From positions 1,922,001-1,986,000 of the forward strand of contig NC_043000.1 in NCBI RefSeq assembly GCF_006345805.1: a stretch of DNA of 64,000 nucleotides, given 5' to 3'. Shown here piece after piece: positions 37,211 to 50,098 of the stretch. The notes below the pieces were generated by a model. That model worked only from the letters and a program-made list of their open reading frames with translations, was not told the origin of the DNA and ran no database searches. Position 1 is the stretch's first letter. Each line of letters begins with the position of its first letter. The stretch is from Octopus sinensis (Eukaryota). The position numbers and the translations under genes were made by a program.

Positions 37211-37708
37211 GCTTAAATAAATAAAATTTTTGTGAAGATGACTACAGTTTGGTCCCAATCCCACCCGTAATTGTTTTCCTTTTTTTTTTTTATAAATGCT
37301 CATTTTCCTAACATTTTGCAGAAATGTTTCGGATCAGGATGCCCACGTAAGTTTGATTTTCTCCATTTTGACGTGGATTTTTCCAATCTTTTATTCCACC
37401 TCAGCTTTTGAAATGATGGGGAAGGGGTGGGAATCTTTTTATGAAAAAAATATTTGGGAGAATTTATGATTTTTTAAAACTTCTTCTCTCACCACTCCCA
37501 CTGGACCTATTTGGGCCCATTTTTTTTGTTTGCAGTAAAAAAAAAAGTAAATATTTACAGACGGAAAGGTGATTTCAAGTAAATTTGAATGTTGTTTCTA
37601 GCACATCCCACGACCACCACGTTTCTTCCTCACTTGTATTGATGTTTTTCAATATTTCTCCCTATAAAAACATTTATGCTATTTAAAAAAAATTTGGAAA
37701 ATTTATAG

Positions 37709-38365
37709 TTTCAACCCCCTCCTCCTCCCATTGTTTCTGTTTGTAATTTTAAAATATTGGAGAGCCTGAGGTCATTTCTGGGATTTTAAATCCAGTGATT
37801 AAAAAAGAGGTATGCAAAAGATAATTTATCGCCAAATTTATTTTAATAACAACCTACTTTTCTGTTAGTTTATAATTTTTTCTTACACACGCTCATACAC
37901 GGACTCGTTTGATTCGGAGATAGAAATTTAAATTACAATATTTTTTCTTACTTATAGCCCAGCAATGGATCACGTGTGTATTACTTCTGCATCATCATTC
38001 CATAAAATGGGTTTATGGGAGAAAATATTAAGATGGTCGTGGAATGTGCTAGAAATAACAGCAAAGCCTCCTTTACATCACACACTTTTTCATCTGAAAA
38101 TATTTACAATTTGTTTTTTTTTTACCGAAAATACAGCTCCCACAGTTTTTAAGTGCAGAGTACAGAGGAAAAAAAAAAAAAAAACGCTAAAATCGGTCTC
38201 TAGAGATCTTTGGGTAAAAGTTAGGAAAAGTATAAAATTTCCGAAAATTATTTCGTTTTTGGATTTGGTTTGCAAGATTCTTTATATGAGTTCGTGTGTT
38301 GAAGCATATTCTGTTGTGTCTGGGGAGAGTCATTTTCTTTTTGTGCCTTATAATGTAACACACTC
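37709..38365. repeat. Interspersed repeat, longer copy including the segment found as a hairpin at 370-655
   Basis: GAAGCATATTCTGTTGTGTCTGGGGAGAGTC at about 38301. Confidence 0.8.
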
Positions 38366-39075
38366 AATTTCGAAAATTACTTTTCATAGAAAGATAAGCC
38401 CCCCACCCACCCACCATTTCCAAGGCCATGGTGAAAGGAAATTGGAAAACTTCGCCAAAACGCAGAAAACGGAACTTATATAGCGCGTCCTGATCCGAAA
38501 CTCCGTTTATTTCGCACTGCTGTTTCAAACATAAATCTGGAAACAAAAGGAAAAAAAACCCAAAACACAAAACAAAGATAGGGCTAGTAAGAACGATACG
38601 GAACTCTTCCAAACATGTTTGTTCCCAAACTTCATCCCTATAATTATAATCTGCATCCCCGAAAACGTATCCGAAAAAAAAATTCGTTAAAACCATGTGC
38701 TTTTGTAGAAAGTTAGGAGTAAACAAGATCAAGAGATGAATATCAGTTCCTATTTTTTTGGCAGGAGATATTAAAATTTTGTTAATTCTATTTGATTTTT
38801 ATATAGTGTATGTACATTTTTAAAGTCACATTATATGTAAAATCATATCGCTTCACTGATCCCATCAGTTGTTCTGTCCATTTCTGTTTGGCCCCCGGTG
38901 GGCAATAAAGAAATTGATATTAAAATTTTGTGGTAAATTAATGGTAATTTCTTCCTGAGACATGGGACTTCGAATTTGGGGGAACGTATTATACGAACAC
39001 CAGTTACTTAGTTTATCTACTCTGGAAGGACAAAAGTTTGTTGCCCTCGGCGATATTCAACCAACTTCAAAGAGC

Positions 39076-39269
39076 CGTGGTTAAATACCTATTTCTTTAT
39101 TACCCACAAGGGGCTAGACACAGAGCGGACAAACAAGGACAGACATAGGTATTAAGTCGATTACTTCGACCCCAGTGCGTAACTGGTTACTTAATTTATC
39201 GACCCCCGAAAGGATGAAAGGCAAAGTCGACCTCGGCGGAATTTGAACTCAGAACGTGGTTAAATACCG
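39076..39269 (-). mobile_element. SINE family C body unit
   Basis: Bounded by the direct repeat CGTGGTTAAATACC. Confidence 0.75.
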
Positions 39270-39544
39270 CACATCTTTTTGTCCGATGTTTTACCGCACC
39301 AAAGTTCATAAGCCACAGAGTTACTTCTGAAGAACTACATTTTTTTTGTTTTGCAAGCCTGTTACGGTTTATATCAGGAAAAGAAATCTTCACGGAAGTT
39401 CGGTATAACTGGGGCGTGCGTGTGTGTGTGTAATAAGTTACTATCCCAGTTAAACGTAGGTGAGAGAATAACCTGCGCGCAACGTAACTTAACCAAGAGT
39501 AAGTGGTTTGTCTTTATTGACCGGCTGTGAGTACTTTAACGAAC

Positions 39545-39620
39545 GTCAGCCAATCAGAAGGATAATAAGTGTTCACGTGATCGGTATCTTCCATCCTCCC
39601 CCTTTCAGCGCCATCTTGCA
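39545..39620 (+). promoter_or_regulatory. SLC25A3: SLC25A3 core promoter region
   Basis: CpG-rich; CCAAT 39550-39554 (AGCCAATCAG), E-box CACGTG 39574-39579, YY1-like CGCCATCTT 39609-39617. Confidence 0.6.
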
Positions 39621-39636
39621 TCGCAGTCACCGGGAG
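39590..39636 (+). other. SLC25A3: Probable non-coding exon 1 (5' UTR); start approximate
   Basis: Donor GAG|GTTGGT at 39636/37; pyrimidine-rich acceptor TTTCAG at 39788, 10 nt before the ATG. Confidence 0.55.
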
Positions 39637-39798
39637 GTTGGTTCGCTTTCTCTCGTTCCTCTTCTTATTTCACCTTCCATTATCGATCATATTTATTTAT
39701 TCACTTAAATATCGAGACTTAAAGAATCGCCACAACGATCTTTATTGTCAAATGCTTATAATTCGCTGTTTTTTCCCCCGTGTTTCAGGCTTTCAAAA

Positions 39799-39922
39799 AT
39801 GTTCGAGTCTCTTATAAAGGCAGCCAAGGTGAACCCACCGTTCAGCAATCCGTTCTATGCCAAGTGCGAAAGCTTGCTGCCTGTCAATGAAACTCGGACA
39901 ATAGCGGCAGCCAATGCAGCAG
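39799..39922 (+). CDS. SLC25A3: Mitochondrial phosphate carrier, coding exon 1 (presequence)
   Basis: MFESLIKAAKVNPPFSNPF..TIAAANAA resembles the vertebrate PiC leader; donor CAG|GTGAG, phase 1. Confidence 0.85.
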
Positions 39923-40569
39923 GTGAGTTATCATACATCCTAATACAACATCCATCAACCAGCACCTCTGCTATTATTATACCACAAAAGAAATAATTAC
40001 CATAACTTGTCATTTCATTTTCCGTCTCGATATTCTTCACGTGGAGGTCGAACGAAGGCCATTGTGACTCTTATTAAAACATCGACAATTGTTTCGTGAC
40101 ATTCTACTTGTTTTCTTGTTTGATGTCTCTTATTTTGCCGACCTTACTTAAGCTCGTGGTTAGGTCGATCGAGGCAATCGAAAATTTTCTTCCTTCCTTC
40201 GACGAAGGCTGTTCGGCCACTCCTGTCAAAAATGACCTGTCACAGATATTTCCCCTTCCTATTTTCACTAATTTCCCCTCATCTTTATTACATGTAAGCT
40301 AAAGCTGTATATATAATGTTCGGTTCCTTGTCTCGAGATGCGTCAATACAAGTTAATGATGTAATAAACTGGCGAAGATGTGAAACCGTTGTTGATGTAG
40401 CATGACCTTGTCTTTTGCTTAAACTCCCGAGATAGAGGTTACGTCCACTCTTGGAATCATCCGACGTTCGATCTAGCCTTTCAGCTTTCCGGGACCAATT
40501 AAATATCTGTCAGTTATTGTATTGACTAAGTTCGCAGTTTTACGTCTTAAAAATCATTATTATAGAAGC

Positions 40570-40740
40570 TTACGTTCCGAATTCAAATTCCGCCGAGGTC
40601 GACTTTGCCTTTCATCCTTTCGGGGTCGATAAATAAAGTACCAGTTACGCACTGGAGTCGATATAATCGACTTAATCCGTTTGTCTGTCCTTGTTTGTCC
40701 CCTCTGTGTTTAGCCCCTTGTGGGTAGTAAAGAAATAAAT
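40570..40740 (+). mobile_element. SINE family C body (intronic)
   Basis: Family core sequence. Confidence 0.75.
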
Positions 40741-41537
40741 ATGAATGCCGACTTGACAGGTGGTAACTATTCATGTTCTTTGAAGGACACCGACTGATCT
40801 TTTCCAACCCTGTTGTACACATACTTTACACTAATACACATAATACGCAAGTTCGTCTACTAATCCGGCTTTTATCACTTCAGATGTCCTTGAGAATTAC
40901 TTTAATGCGACAAAGTTGAAATCTTACTCGTAGTGTGTGATAAGTTGTCTAAATAACACCTTCCTTCAATCACTGTTTAAACTGTTGTGTGTTTGTTTGT
41001 CCTTATTTCTGATCTTTGTCTATTGTAGTCTCACTTTCCCTGACATTCACGTTATCGTATCACTGAAGTATGTCTCCCACAAATGTGAAGTAGGTTAGGT
41101 TGTTACATAATACAAACGTTTTCTTAATCAAATTCCTGTCTCTTGAGTATAATCTCAGCTATTTCATTTACAAAAAAAAAAAAAAAAAAGAGGACCCTGT
41201 CCGTCTCCAGTTTCGGTCGATGCCTTTTCTGGTTTATTTCTGCCAAAAAAAAAATAATGTATGTACTGTTATGTTTTAAGTCCTGAAAATAGATGTCTTC
41301 AGGTTGCTTCGATCTGTTTTCATGTATCGATAGCGAGATTCCAAAATCAGGGGGAGGTAATAAAAGCATTGGAAATCGACAACTAATTATGGAAATTTTT
41401 TAATTTATTTTTTAAAAACCTTTTATGTCATTTGCCGTGTACGTGTAAATCCGTGAATTGTTTTTCAGTGGACATCATCGACAATGAATTTATATTGTAA
41501 TTGTGAACATCACTAATGATTTAGAATTTCATGTACC

Positions 41538-41953
41538 GGCGATCTTTCGTCTCTAGTAGACCTTTCCGTCGATCTCCGTAAAAAAAATTTTTTTCCTTTA
41601 CATATGGGCTTGCGGGAACTTTTGAAGTAATATACATACATATACACATGCACCGAGTAAAAAATTTCAGTTATCTCTTTCTTTCACACATTACTCTGTC
41701 TCTTCACACACACTAACAGAAGCACTTCACTTACACAACATACTGTTTGTCTCCCACACCCCATCAAACACAAACACACACATGTACATCAATGCTTCGG
41801 TAACTTCAAAAGAACTTCCCTCGTCATAAAATCGCTTTCTCTTAGTCTCTTTCGCTCTCATTACTTCAAAAGTTCCCGCAAGCCCATATGTAAAAAAAAA
41901 AAATTTTTTTTACGGAAATCGACGGAAAGGTCTACTAGAGACGAAAGATTGCC
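41538..41953. mobile_element. MITE with about 95-bp terminal inverted repeats, Merlin-like
   Basis: GG...CC termini; 8-bp flanks CATGTACC and CATGCACC (one mismatch). Confidence 0.7.
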
Positions 41954-42914
41954 CATGCACCCATTAACTGATCTTTACATCAAAACGGCTGAAAACATTT
42001 GGGAAATATGTACAATTTCTCAATTATGTTTAGCGTACAAAGAATGACTTCACCAAGTCCCTTCGATGAAGACATGTGGTGTCAATTAAGAAACCCGTGC
42101 TGTTTGGTCTGTCCTTTAAACTGAATACATAAAGGACATTTTCAACTAAATAAATATACATTTTTTTCGTTAATCTTTAATAACTGATAATAAATTCTTT
42201 TCATAGATCTCTCTGATTTTGGGATGGGACCTCGGTACGATCTGAGAGCTATTATCATTACATAACTCAATCACGAGTTACTGTATACAGTAAATTCATG
42301 ATTCAGTTTTTGACACCAAGTTGACCTCCTTCAGTATTTATCTTGTGTATTCTTGATACCTTTACCCTTTATATTGCTTACAATTTTTTTAAAAACTCTA
42401 TCTCGGATATCTCTGGAGTATTCCTCTAATATACTTCGAAAGACCACTATGTACAAACAACATTAAGCGATCACCCTCTGTGTATAATTCTTTAAGGTCA
42501 TTTTAACAATTTTGCTCCTAAATAGATTGTCAAGAGCGACAGCCCATGTCGGACCTGTGGTGTTGGTACTTTAGGTGGGTTTTCTTGCTATTCTAGTGTT
42601 ATAGGGTCATCTGATTATTTCTCTGGTAGCTGCTTATCTAGAGGGTTGGTGATTTGTCTCAATTCATGTTATATCAACTACTGCCGAGCAAATCTTTATT
42701 CCATTTGAAATCTAGAATTAAAAAGAAAACCGCATGGTTTCAGGTTTAGTCACTCTGCTGCATGGCCCCTTGAGCAAATGCCTTTTACTATCACCCTGGG
42801 TTGGTCAATGTCTGACGGGTTAATTTGGTAGATGTAAACCGTTTTAAACCTGTTGTATGTATCTCTGTGTCTATAGACAGGAGTGTGTGTGTGTTTTTAT
42901 ATATCATGGTACTC

Positions 42915-43240
42915 CGGTTCCAGTTGATCCGATCAATGGAACAACCTGCTCGTGGAATTAACGTGCAAGCAGCTGAGCCCTCCACAGACACGTGTACCCT
43001 TAACGTAGTTCTCGGGGAGATTCAGTGTGACAAGGCTGGCCCTTTTAAATACAGGTGCTACAGAAAGAAGAAAGTTGTGGTGAAAGAGTACAGCAGGGTT
43101 TGCCACCACCCCCTGCTGGAGCCTCGTGGAACTTTAGGTGTTTTCGCTCAATAAACACAAACAACGCCCGGTCTGGAAATCGAAACCACGATCCTACGGC
43201 TGCAAGTCCACTGCTCTAACCACTGGGCCATTGCGCCTCC
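42915..43240 (-). mobile_element. SINE family A (intronic)
   Basis: Family match. Confidence 0.8.
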
Positions 43241-43764
43241 ACTTATATATGAGAGAGAAAGAGAGATGCGTATGTATAGATGAAGTGCTAATGTTGAAAT
43301 TTTGCTTATCACACTGCTTGAGTGTGGTGGTACTCTCGGCATTATGACCAGTCAATCTGCACTTTGGAAGACCTATGGAATATAAAAACCTTGTGAAAGT
43401 TGGCAACAGGAAGAGCATCTGGCCAGTTAATTCTGCCTCAAAATCAGTTCTCATCTTAGCCATATTAACATAAGACGTTTATGATATTTAACAGATTAGT
43501 GCCTCTTTTAGTCATCCTCATTTATATAAAATTAACATTTTTATTTAAAAAATTTTTTTCCAAAGCTTAGTGAGGTACTTTATATTTGCTATTGATTTAT
43601 TGACTAGAAATAGTTTATTATTTTGAATGTATTAAAAATTATCTATTAACAAGAGTGATATCCTCTGCATAGGATTAGCTTTGTTATATCTCTAACAATT
43701 ATACTATCTCTCACTGTATTTCTCATGACAATCCTGTTAAAACTAATATTTGTTTCTCTTTCAG

Positions 43765-44069
43765 AAACCACCAGCTGTGAATATGGTTCTGCCAAATATT
43801 ATGCTTTGTGTGGATTTGGTGGTATTTTGAGTTGTGGTATTACACACACTGCTGTTGTTCCTTTGGATCTGGTAAAATGTCGAATCCAGGTTGATCCTGC
43901 AAAGTATGGCAACATTTTCAGTGGTTTTAAAGTTACTATCAAAGAAGATGGAAAAGCTGGTTTAACTCGAGGATGGGCTCCTACATTCATCGGATATTCT
44001 TTGCAAGGTCTTGGGAAGTTTGGTTTCTATGAAGTCTTCAAAATAACATATAGTAATCTACTCGGTGAA
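43765..44069 (+). CDS. SLC25A3: Phosphate carrier, coding exon 2
   Basis: SCEYGSAKYYALCGFGGILSCGITHTAVVPLDLVKCRIQ..GWAPTFIGYSLQGLGKFGFYEVFK; AG/GT boundaries, phase 1 to 0. Confidence 0.97.
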
Positions 44070-44314
44070 GTAAGTTTATTCTTAGTTCTCTCTATTACAT
44101 AAAACTATTAAGTTTTACTTAATCTCTCACTAATTGCCACAATAGTTATATCTTACCAGATGTCACCATTGGCTGTTATTCACTAGATGTCATCGATATG
44201 TTTCTACCAGATATCATACTTATGACTAACTAGCTGTTGTGATTCTCTCCCCGTATTATTGTCTACCAGGTGCCATCTTAGTTACACCTCATCGGATGTC
44301 CTATTGGAAATATT

Positions 44315-44665
44315 ACTCTTTTACTTGTTTCAGTCATTTGACTGCGATCATGCTGGAGCACTGCCTTTAGTCAAACAAATTGATCCCAAGACTTATTCTT
44401 TATAAGCCTAGTACTTATTCTATCGGTCTCTTTTGCCAAACCACTAAGTTATGAGGATGTAAGCACATCAATATCGGTTTTCAAGCGATGGTGGGGGACA
44501 AACACAGACAAATATATATATATAAATGACAGGTTTTTTTTGGTTTCCGTATACCACAACCACTCAAGACTTTGGTCAGCCCGAGACTAGAGAAGACACC
44601 TGCCCAAGGTGCTTCATAGTGGAATTGAACCCGGAAGCAAGTTTCTTACCATACAGCCATACCTG
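44315..44665 (-). mobile_element. SINE family B (intronic)
   Basis: Family match. Confidence 0.75.
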
Positions 44666-44978
44666 TTGTGTATTATTTCATGGAGCATTGATTTTAACAA
44701 AAGTTGGTATTTTACCAAAAGTTAGAGTTGTTGTGTGTAGGTGGATGTGTTAGTTTTTTTGTCTTGATGTGATAATTGTAAATGAGCATCACCATTTTAG
44801 AAAAGGTGCCCTTCATTTGTCCTTCTGTGAAAACATGTCTGGCCTTGGAGAAATATCTTTGTTGGAAACTGAAGGTTGCTGACAGAAAGGATATCCAGCT
44901 TTAGAAAATTTGCATCCAATCCAAATAAATATGGAAGTGTGTATATGTGTGTGTATGTATATATATATATATATATAT

Positions 44979-45069
44979 ATTTATTTTATAGAAGGAGCTT
45001 CTACAGGACTAGTACTGTTTCATTCAAAGCTCCTTCTAGTCCTGTAGAAGCTCCTTCTATAAAATAAAT
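44979..45069. repeat. Perfect 34-bp inverted repeat with a 23-nt loop
   Basis: ATTTATTTTATAGAAGGAGCTTCTACAGGACTAG and its exact reverse complement at 45036-45069. Confidence 0.85.
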
Positions 45070-45140
45070 TGATTTACTCTGCAATGTATTGAGTACCTTA
45101 TTTACTGAGGTTAACCCCGACTCAACCCAGGGCTTACATT

Positions 45141-45175
<35 letters not shown>

Positions 45176-45479
45176 TACATACAGGGTGTAGCAAAAGTAA
45201 TACTTTTTTTTATTTATTAACTTTTATTGGACAAAAATTGCTGTAGTTTAAATTTGCTGAAAGTAAATCATCGTTTAACACCCACTTTCCCTACTGGTAT
45301 GGGTCAGATGGTTTGACTGGAACTGGTAAGCTGGATATTCTTCCCTACATCAACCACTCCATAAGTGTAATGAGAGTGGTATCAACCACGGCTACAATTT
45401 CACTTACTGAGTTTTAAGTACAGCATATTGCCAAAGGTCTTGGTCATTTCTCATTGCCTCCATGAGGCCCCTAACATTT

Positions 45480-46150
45480 GAAGATCATGTTTCAACACCT
45501 TGTCCCTTGTCTTCATGGGTATACGTCTTCACAGTTAGTGATTGGCACTTCTTTACACAGCTGTATCACATGACCGTACCAGTGCAGTCTCTCTTGCAGA
45601 CCATATCTGATCCCTGTTGTACCCAGTTTTCCTCTTGATGCTACCACTGTGTTGTACCTGCACACTGATGTTGCATATCCAGCAAAACATACTAGCTTCA
45701 TTTCTGTCAAGCCCTCACATGTCCTCTATGGTCACAGCCCACGTTTCACTGCCATGTAGCATGGCTGTTCACACAAAGGCATCATACAGTTTGCCTTTCA
45801 CTCTGAGAGAGAGAGAGAGAGGCCCTTTATTACCAGGAAGGATAGCTCTCTGAACTTTGCCCAATCTAGCAATTACACTTATGGAGCGCTTACCTCCTGA
45901 TGCTGACTTGGTCACCTAGATAACAGAAGCTATCAACTACTTGGTATCCTCCCTGGCATTTGATGGATTCTATTTTCTGTACATTTCTAGTGTTGATTGT
46001 ATCTGTACATCTGCCACACATACTGACTATATCCCCTGTTAACCTTCATCTGATATTGCTGCGTCTCTTATATGTCCATAACTTGCATTGGGTACATTTT
46101 ACAGACTTTCTACCTACACCTTTTCTACAATTGTGGCAGGACCTTGTAAC
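45480..46150 (-). mobile_element. Degenerate RTE LINE fragment
   Basis: GIRYGLQERLHWYGHV, plus EVVDSF- and zinc-finger-like traces that parallel 50978-51850. Confidence 0.6.
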
Positions 46151-46461
46151 ACATAGAAAATTATATAAAACTTTAAAAAAAAAAATGATACAGTAGAAAA
46201 CTAAAAATTAATAAAAAAAGGTGTTACTTCTGCTGCATCTTGTCGTCATTTAGCATCCGTTTTCCACGCTGGCATGCATTGGATGGTCTGACTGGAGCTG
46301 GTACGGTCGAGGGCTGCACCAGACTCTAATTGTCTGTTTTGGTTTTTATGGCCCGCGCCCTTCCTAACGCCAGCCACTCAACTGAGTGTATTGGGTGCTA
46401 TTTATGTGACACCAGCATTGGGATCAATTCTGCTGTGGTGGACATATCTATCATTTTTTAA

Positions 46462-46658
46462 CCCTTTAACATTCAGATTTCTTTGTCAAATGTAGCTCCT
46501 TATTCATTCACATTGTTCTGAATTAATCATGTAGCTTCAAGATTTTGATTACGTGATTATTTTCAGAATGACATTGTAGGGTACATGTGAGAGGTTGGAT
46601 CTGGTCAGTTTTAGCATGAAACAAGTCAAATATTTGGGCTGGATTAAATGCTAATGGG
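46462..46658. mobile_element. piggyBac-like MITE family 1, diverged
   Basis: CCCTTT...ATGGG termini with TTAA/TTAG flanks. Confidence 0.6.
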
Positions 46659-46819
46659 TTAGTGTCTGTCTTCCATGATGGCATGGGTTGAATGGTTCAG
46701 CAAGTGATAATGAGCCAGTGAACTGTGCCAAGTTCCAGTGTCTGCTTTGGTTTGGTTTCTTTGTCTGGATACCCTTCCTGATGCCAACCAGGGGTATATA
46801 GTATTGTGAGAGGCTTTAT

Positions 46820-47900
46820 GCTAGGTAACGAGAGGTTAAAATAGGATAGAGGGACAGAAACTGTTTTGCAGTAGAATATAAGAGAAGTGTTTTGGATGAT
46901 TGGAGATGAATGGGTAGGTAAGTTCACAAGTGTGTGAAAGCAGAGTAGCAGATGGTTAGAGATGGAGGTGGAAGTGAATGGCAAACATGTCTTGCATGCA
47001 TGGGGAAGGTGGAAGCAATAAGAGGCAGCACAAGTGATATGAAGTGTGGGTCGTGTGAGAGATGTACAGTGCCTGGGATGAGGTCAGAGGTATAGAGAGG
47101 TGGAAATAGTGGGAGATGAATACAGGTCATTAAGGTTGCCTATTGCAGATGGGACATACAGGAAAAAAGCGCAGGAGTGGCTGTGTGGTAAGTAGCTTGC
47201 TAACCAACCACATGGTTCCGGGTTCAGTCCCACTGCGTGGCATCTTGGGCAAGTGTCTTCTGCTATAGCCCTGGGCCGACCAATGCCTTGTGAGTGGATT
47301 TGGTAGACGGAAACTGAAAGAAGCCTGTCGTATATATGTATATATATGTATGTATGTATGTGTGTGTTTGTGTGTCTGTGTTTGTCCCCCTAGCATTGCT
47401 TGACAACCGATGCTGGTGCGTTTACGTCCCCGTCACTTAGCGGTTCGGCAAAAGAGACCGATTGAATAAGTACTGGGCTTACAAAGAAAAAGTCCCGGGG
47501 TCGATTTGCTCGACTAAAGGCGGTGCTCCAGCATGGCCGCAGTCAAATGACTGAAACAAGTAAAAGAGTAAAAGAGTGATAGGGGTATTCAGTGGAAATT
47601 GTAAAGGATGATACTGAGAAAGTAGGAAACAAAGGAAATGGTTTCAGGGAATGATTTGGAGCATAAAAGACATGAGGAAAGAAATGTCTGCTGTCCCTCA
47701 TCTAACTACTGCAGCTGAGTGATGGAAAGGAGGGTGTTAAGAAAGATGAGTTCTTGGAGAAAGACTTGTCAAGAAGAGATTTAGTGCAGAGGCATAGGCA
47801 TAAATGATCCAATTTTGCTGTGATGGATGGGTCTTTTCAAGCGCATTCCTTTGTTATCTCTGTGAGACTCAACATCCAGTGATTATTCTTTTCTACTTCA
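46820..47900 (-). mobile_element. Possible degenerate Penelope-like (GIY-YIG) fragment interrupted by a SINE
   Basis: Minus trace P-I-C-N-R-Q resembles the PCNR..C..C motif that precedes GIY-YIG; heavily decayed. Confidence 0.3.
47168..47577 (+). mobile_element. SINE family B, full length
   Basis: Near-consensus head and tail. Confidence 0.9.
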
Positions 47901-47914
47901 TTCCACACCAGCTC

Positions 47915-48945
47915 TGTCTGGCACCTGTGCGGGTGGCACATAAAAAGCACCCACTACACTCACGGAGTGGTTGGCGTTAGGAAGGGCATCCAGCCATAGA
48001 AACACTGCCAGATCTGACTGGGCCTGATGAAGCCTTCCAGCTTCCCAGACCCCAGTTGAACCGTCCAACCCATGCTAGCATGGAAAACGGACGCTAAATG
48101 ATGATGATGATTCCACACCTTCTTGGGTCTCCCTCTTCCGAGGGTTCCTTCCATGTTTAGTGATTGGCACTTTACGCAGCTGTCCACATGTGCATCATGA
48201 CCATACCAGTGCAGTCATCTCTTTCACGCTACATCTTGTGCCTATTATATCCAGTTTTCTCTCAACACATTTGCACTTTGTCATACATGGACACTGGCAT
48301 TGCACATCCAGTGGAGCATGTTAGCTTCATTATTCTCTGGCCTTCATATGTCATCTGCATTTCACTAAACCATGTTGCATTGCTGTTTGTACACAAGCAT
48401 CATACAATCTGGCTTTCTCTCTGAGAGCAAGGCATTATGTTACCAATGGAGATTACAGCTCTTTAAACCTTATCAGTGACTGCTTTCAGAACATCCTCCC
48501 CCACTGCTAATTCGGTCCCTACTTAGGTTTGTTTGAGGTGATAGACCGTTTCTATTTGACATTCAGGAAAATCTATTTCTTGTGTTCTTATTGTTTATTG
48601 CTCCTGTGCATTTTCCACAGTCAAAGCCTATCATCATCATCATCATCGTTTAACGTCCGCTTTCCATGCTAGCATGGGTTGGACGGTTCAACTGGGGTCT
48701 GGGGAGCCCGAAGGCTGCACCAGGCCAGTCAGATCTGGCAGCGTTTCTACAGCTGGATGCCCTTCCTAACACCAACCACTCCGAGAGTGTAGTGGGTGAT
48801 TTTATGTGCCACCGACACAGGTGCCAAACGAGGCTGGCGAACGGCCACGCTCGGATGGTGTTTTTTATGTGCCACCAGCACAGGTGGCAGACGGCCACGC
48901 TCGGGTGGTGTTTTTTATGTGCCACCGACACAGGTGCCAGACGGC
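47915..48945. mobile_element. RTE cluster: 3' UTR repeat (+, 47915-48111), degenerate ORF end (-, 48112-48430), 3' UTR repeat (-, 48630-48945)
   Basis: EGTLGRGRPKKVW peptide on minus; family tails. Confidence 0.7.
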
Positions 48946-49344
48946 TATATTCTTTATTAATCTTCCTGTAATTCCAATATACCTTGTGTGTCCACAATCT
49001 ACACTGGGTATACTGTATGCAAATATCTACCAAAACCTTTTCTACGTATTCAATAGGTCCATTTTCCTGGAAGGATAAGTGGCTTATTTGTTTTTCTGCT
49101 TACTAGAACTTAGATCTTTGCTAAGTTAACTTTAAGGCTCTTTGCAAGTGTACACACATATATGTATGTGTGTATATATCAATTTAAATAAATTGCACTT
49201 CATGTTTAAAGCTCTGATGAAGCTGTGAGGTGTTACTCAGGCACCCAACTAAGTCCATTGTATCTTATAGTGGAAACAGTTGTAAGCTAATGAAGTTTGA
49301 TAATCTGTTATTCCTCTGTCATCTCTTTTTTTTTTTTCTATATT

Positions 49345-49685
49345 GCACAGGAGTGGCTGTGTGGTAAGTAGCTTGCTTACCAACCATATGGTTCCAGGTT
49401 CGGTCCCACTGCGTGGCACCTTGGGCAAGTGTCTTCTACTATAGCCTCAGGCTGACCAAAGCCTTGTGAGTGGATTTGGTAGACGGAAACTGAAAGAAGC
49501 CTGTCATGTGTGTGTAAATTTGTGTTTGTTCCCCTTCCCCCCACCATCACTTGACGACCGATGTTGGTGTGTTTGTGGTTCGGCAAAAGAGACTGGTAGG
49601 CTTACAAAGAATAAGTCCTGGGGGTCAGCTTGTTTAACTAAAGATGATTCTCTAGCATGGCCACAATCAAGTAACTGAGACAAAA
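49345..49685 (+). mobile_element. SINE family B, diverged
   Basis: Family match. Confidence 0.7.
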
Positions 49686-49688
49686 GGG

Positions 49689-49721
<33 letters not shown>

Positions 49722-49910
49722 CTTGTTTCATCATTAGACTGAAGCCATGGTGGGGCACCACCTTGAATGAAACCCAGTATTTCTTTTTTTGAGCCTAGTA
49801 CTTATTCTATTAAACTCTTTTACTGATCCACTAAGTTAATGGGGCACAAACATGGGCTGTCAAGCAGTGTTCGGGGACAAACACACACATATATACAGGT
49901 GTGTGTGTGT

Positions 49911-50072
49911 GTCATCATCATCATCATCATCATCATTTAACGTCCGCTTTCCATGCTAGCATGGGTTGGACGGTTCAACTGGGGTCTGGGGAGCCCGAAA
50001 GCTGCACCAGGCCACTCAGATCTGGCAGTGTTTCTACAGCTGGATGCCCTTCCTAACGCCAACCACTCCAAC
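49911..50072 (-). mobile_element. RTE 3' UTR-derived repeat
   Basis: (CAT)n followed by TTTAACGTCCGC. Confidence 0.8.
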
Positions 50073-50098
50073 ACTGTGTATATATATATATATATATA

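Noticed and set aside
42000-42720. Possible decayed coding sequence on minus
   Set aside because: Many stops and no motif I can assign.
39637-43764. Intronic snoRNA (human SLC25A3 hosts one)
   Set aside because: No convincing C/D pair with terminal stem or H/ACA structure was visible by eye; a covariance-model scan would be needed.
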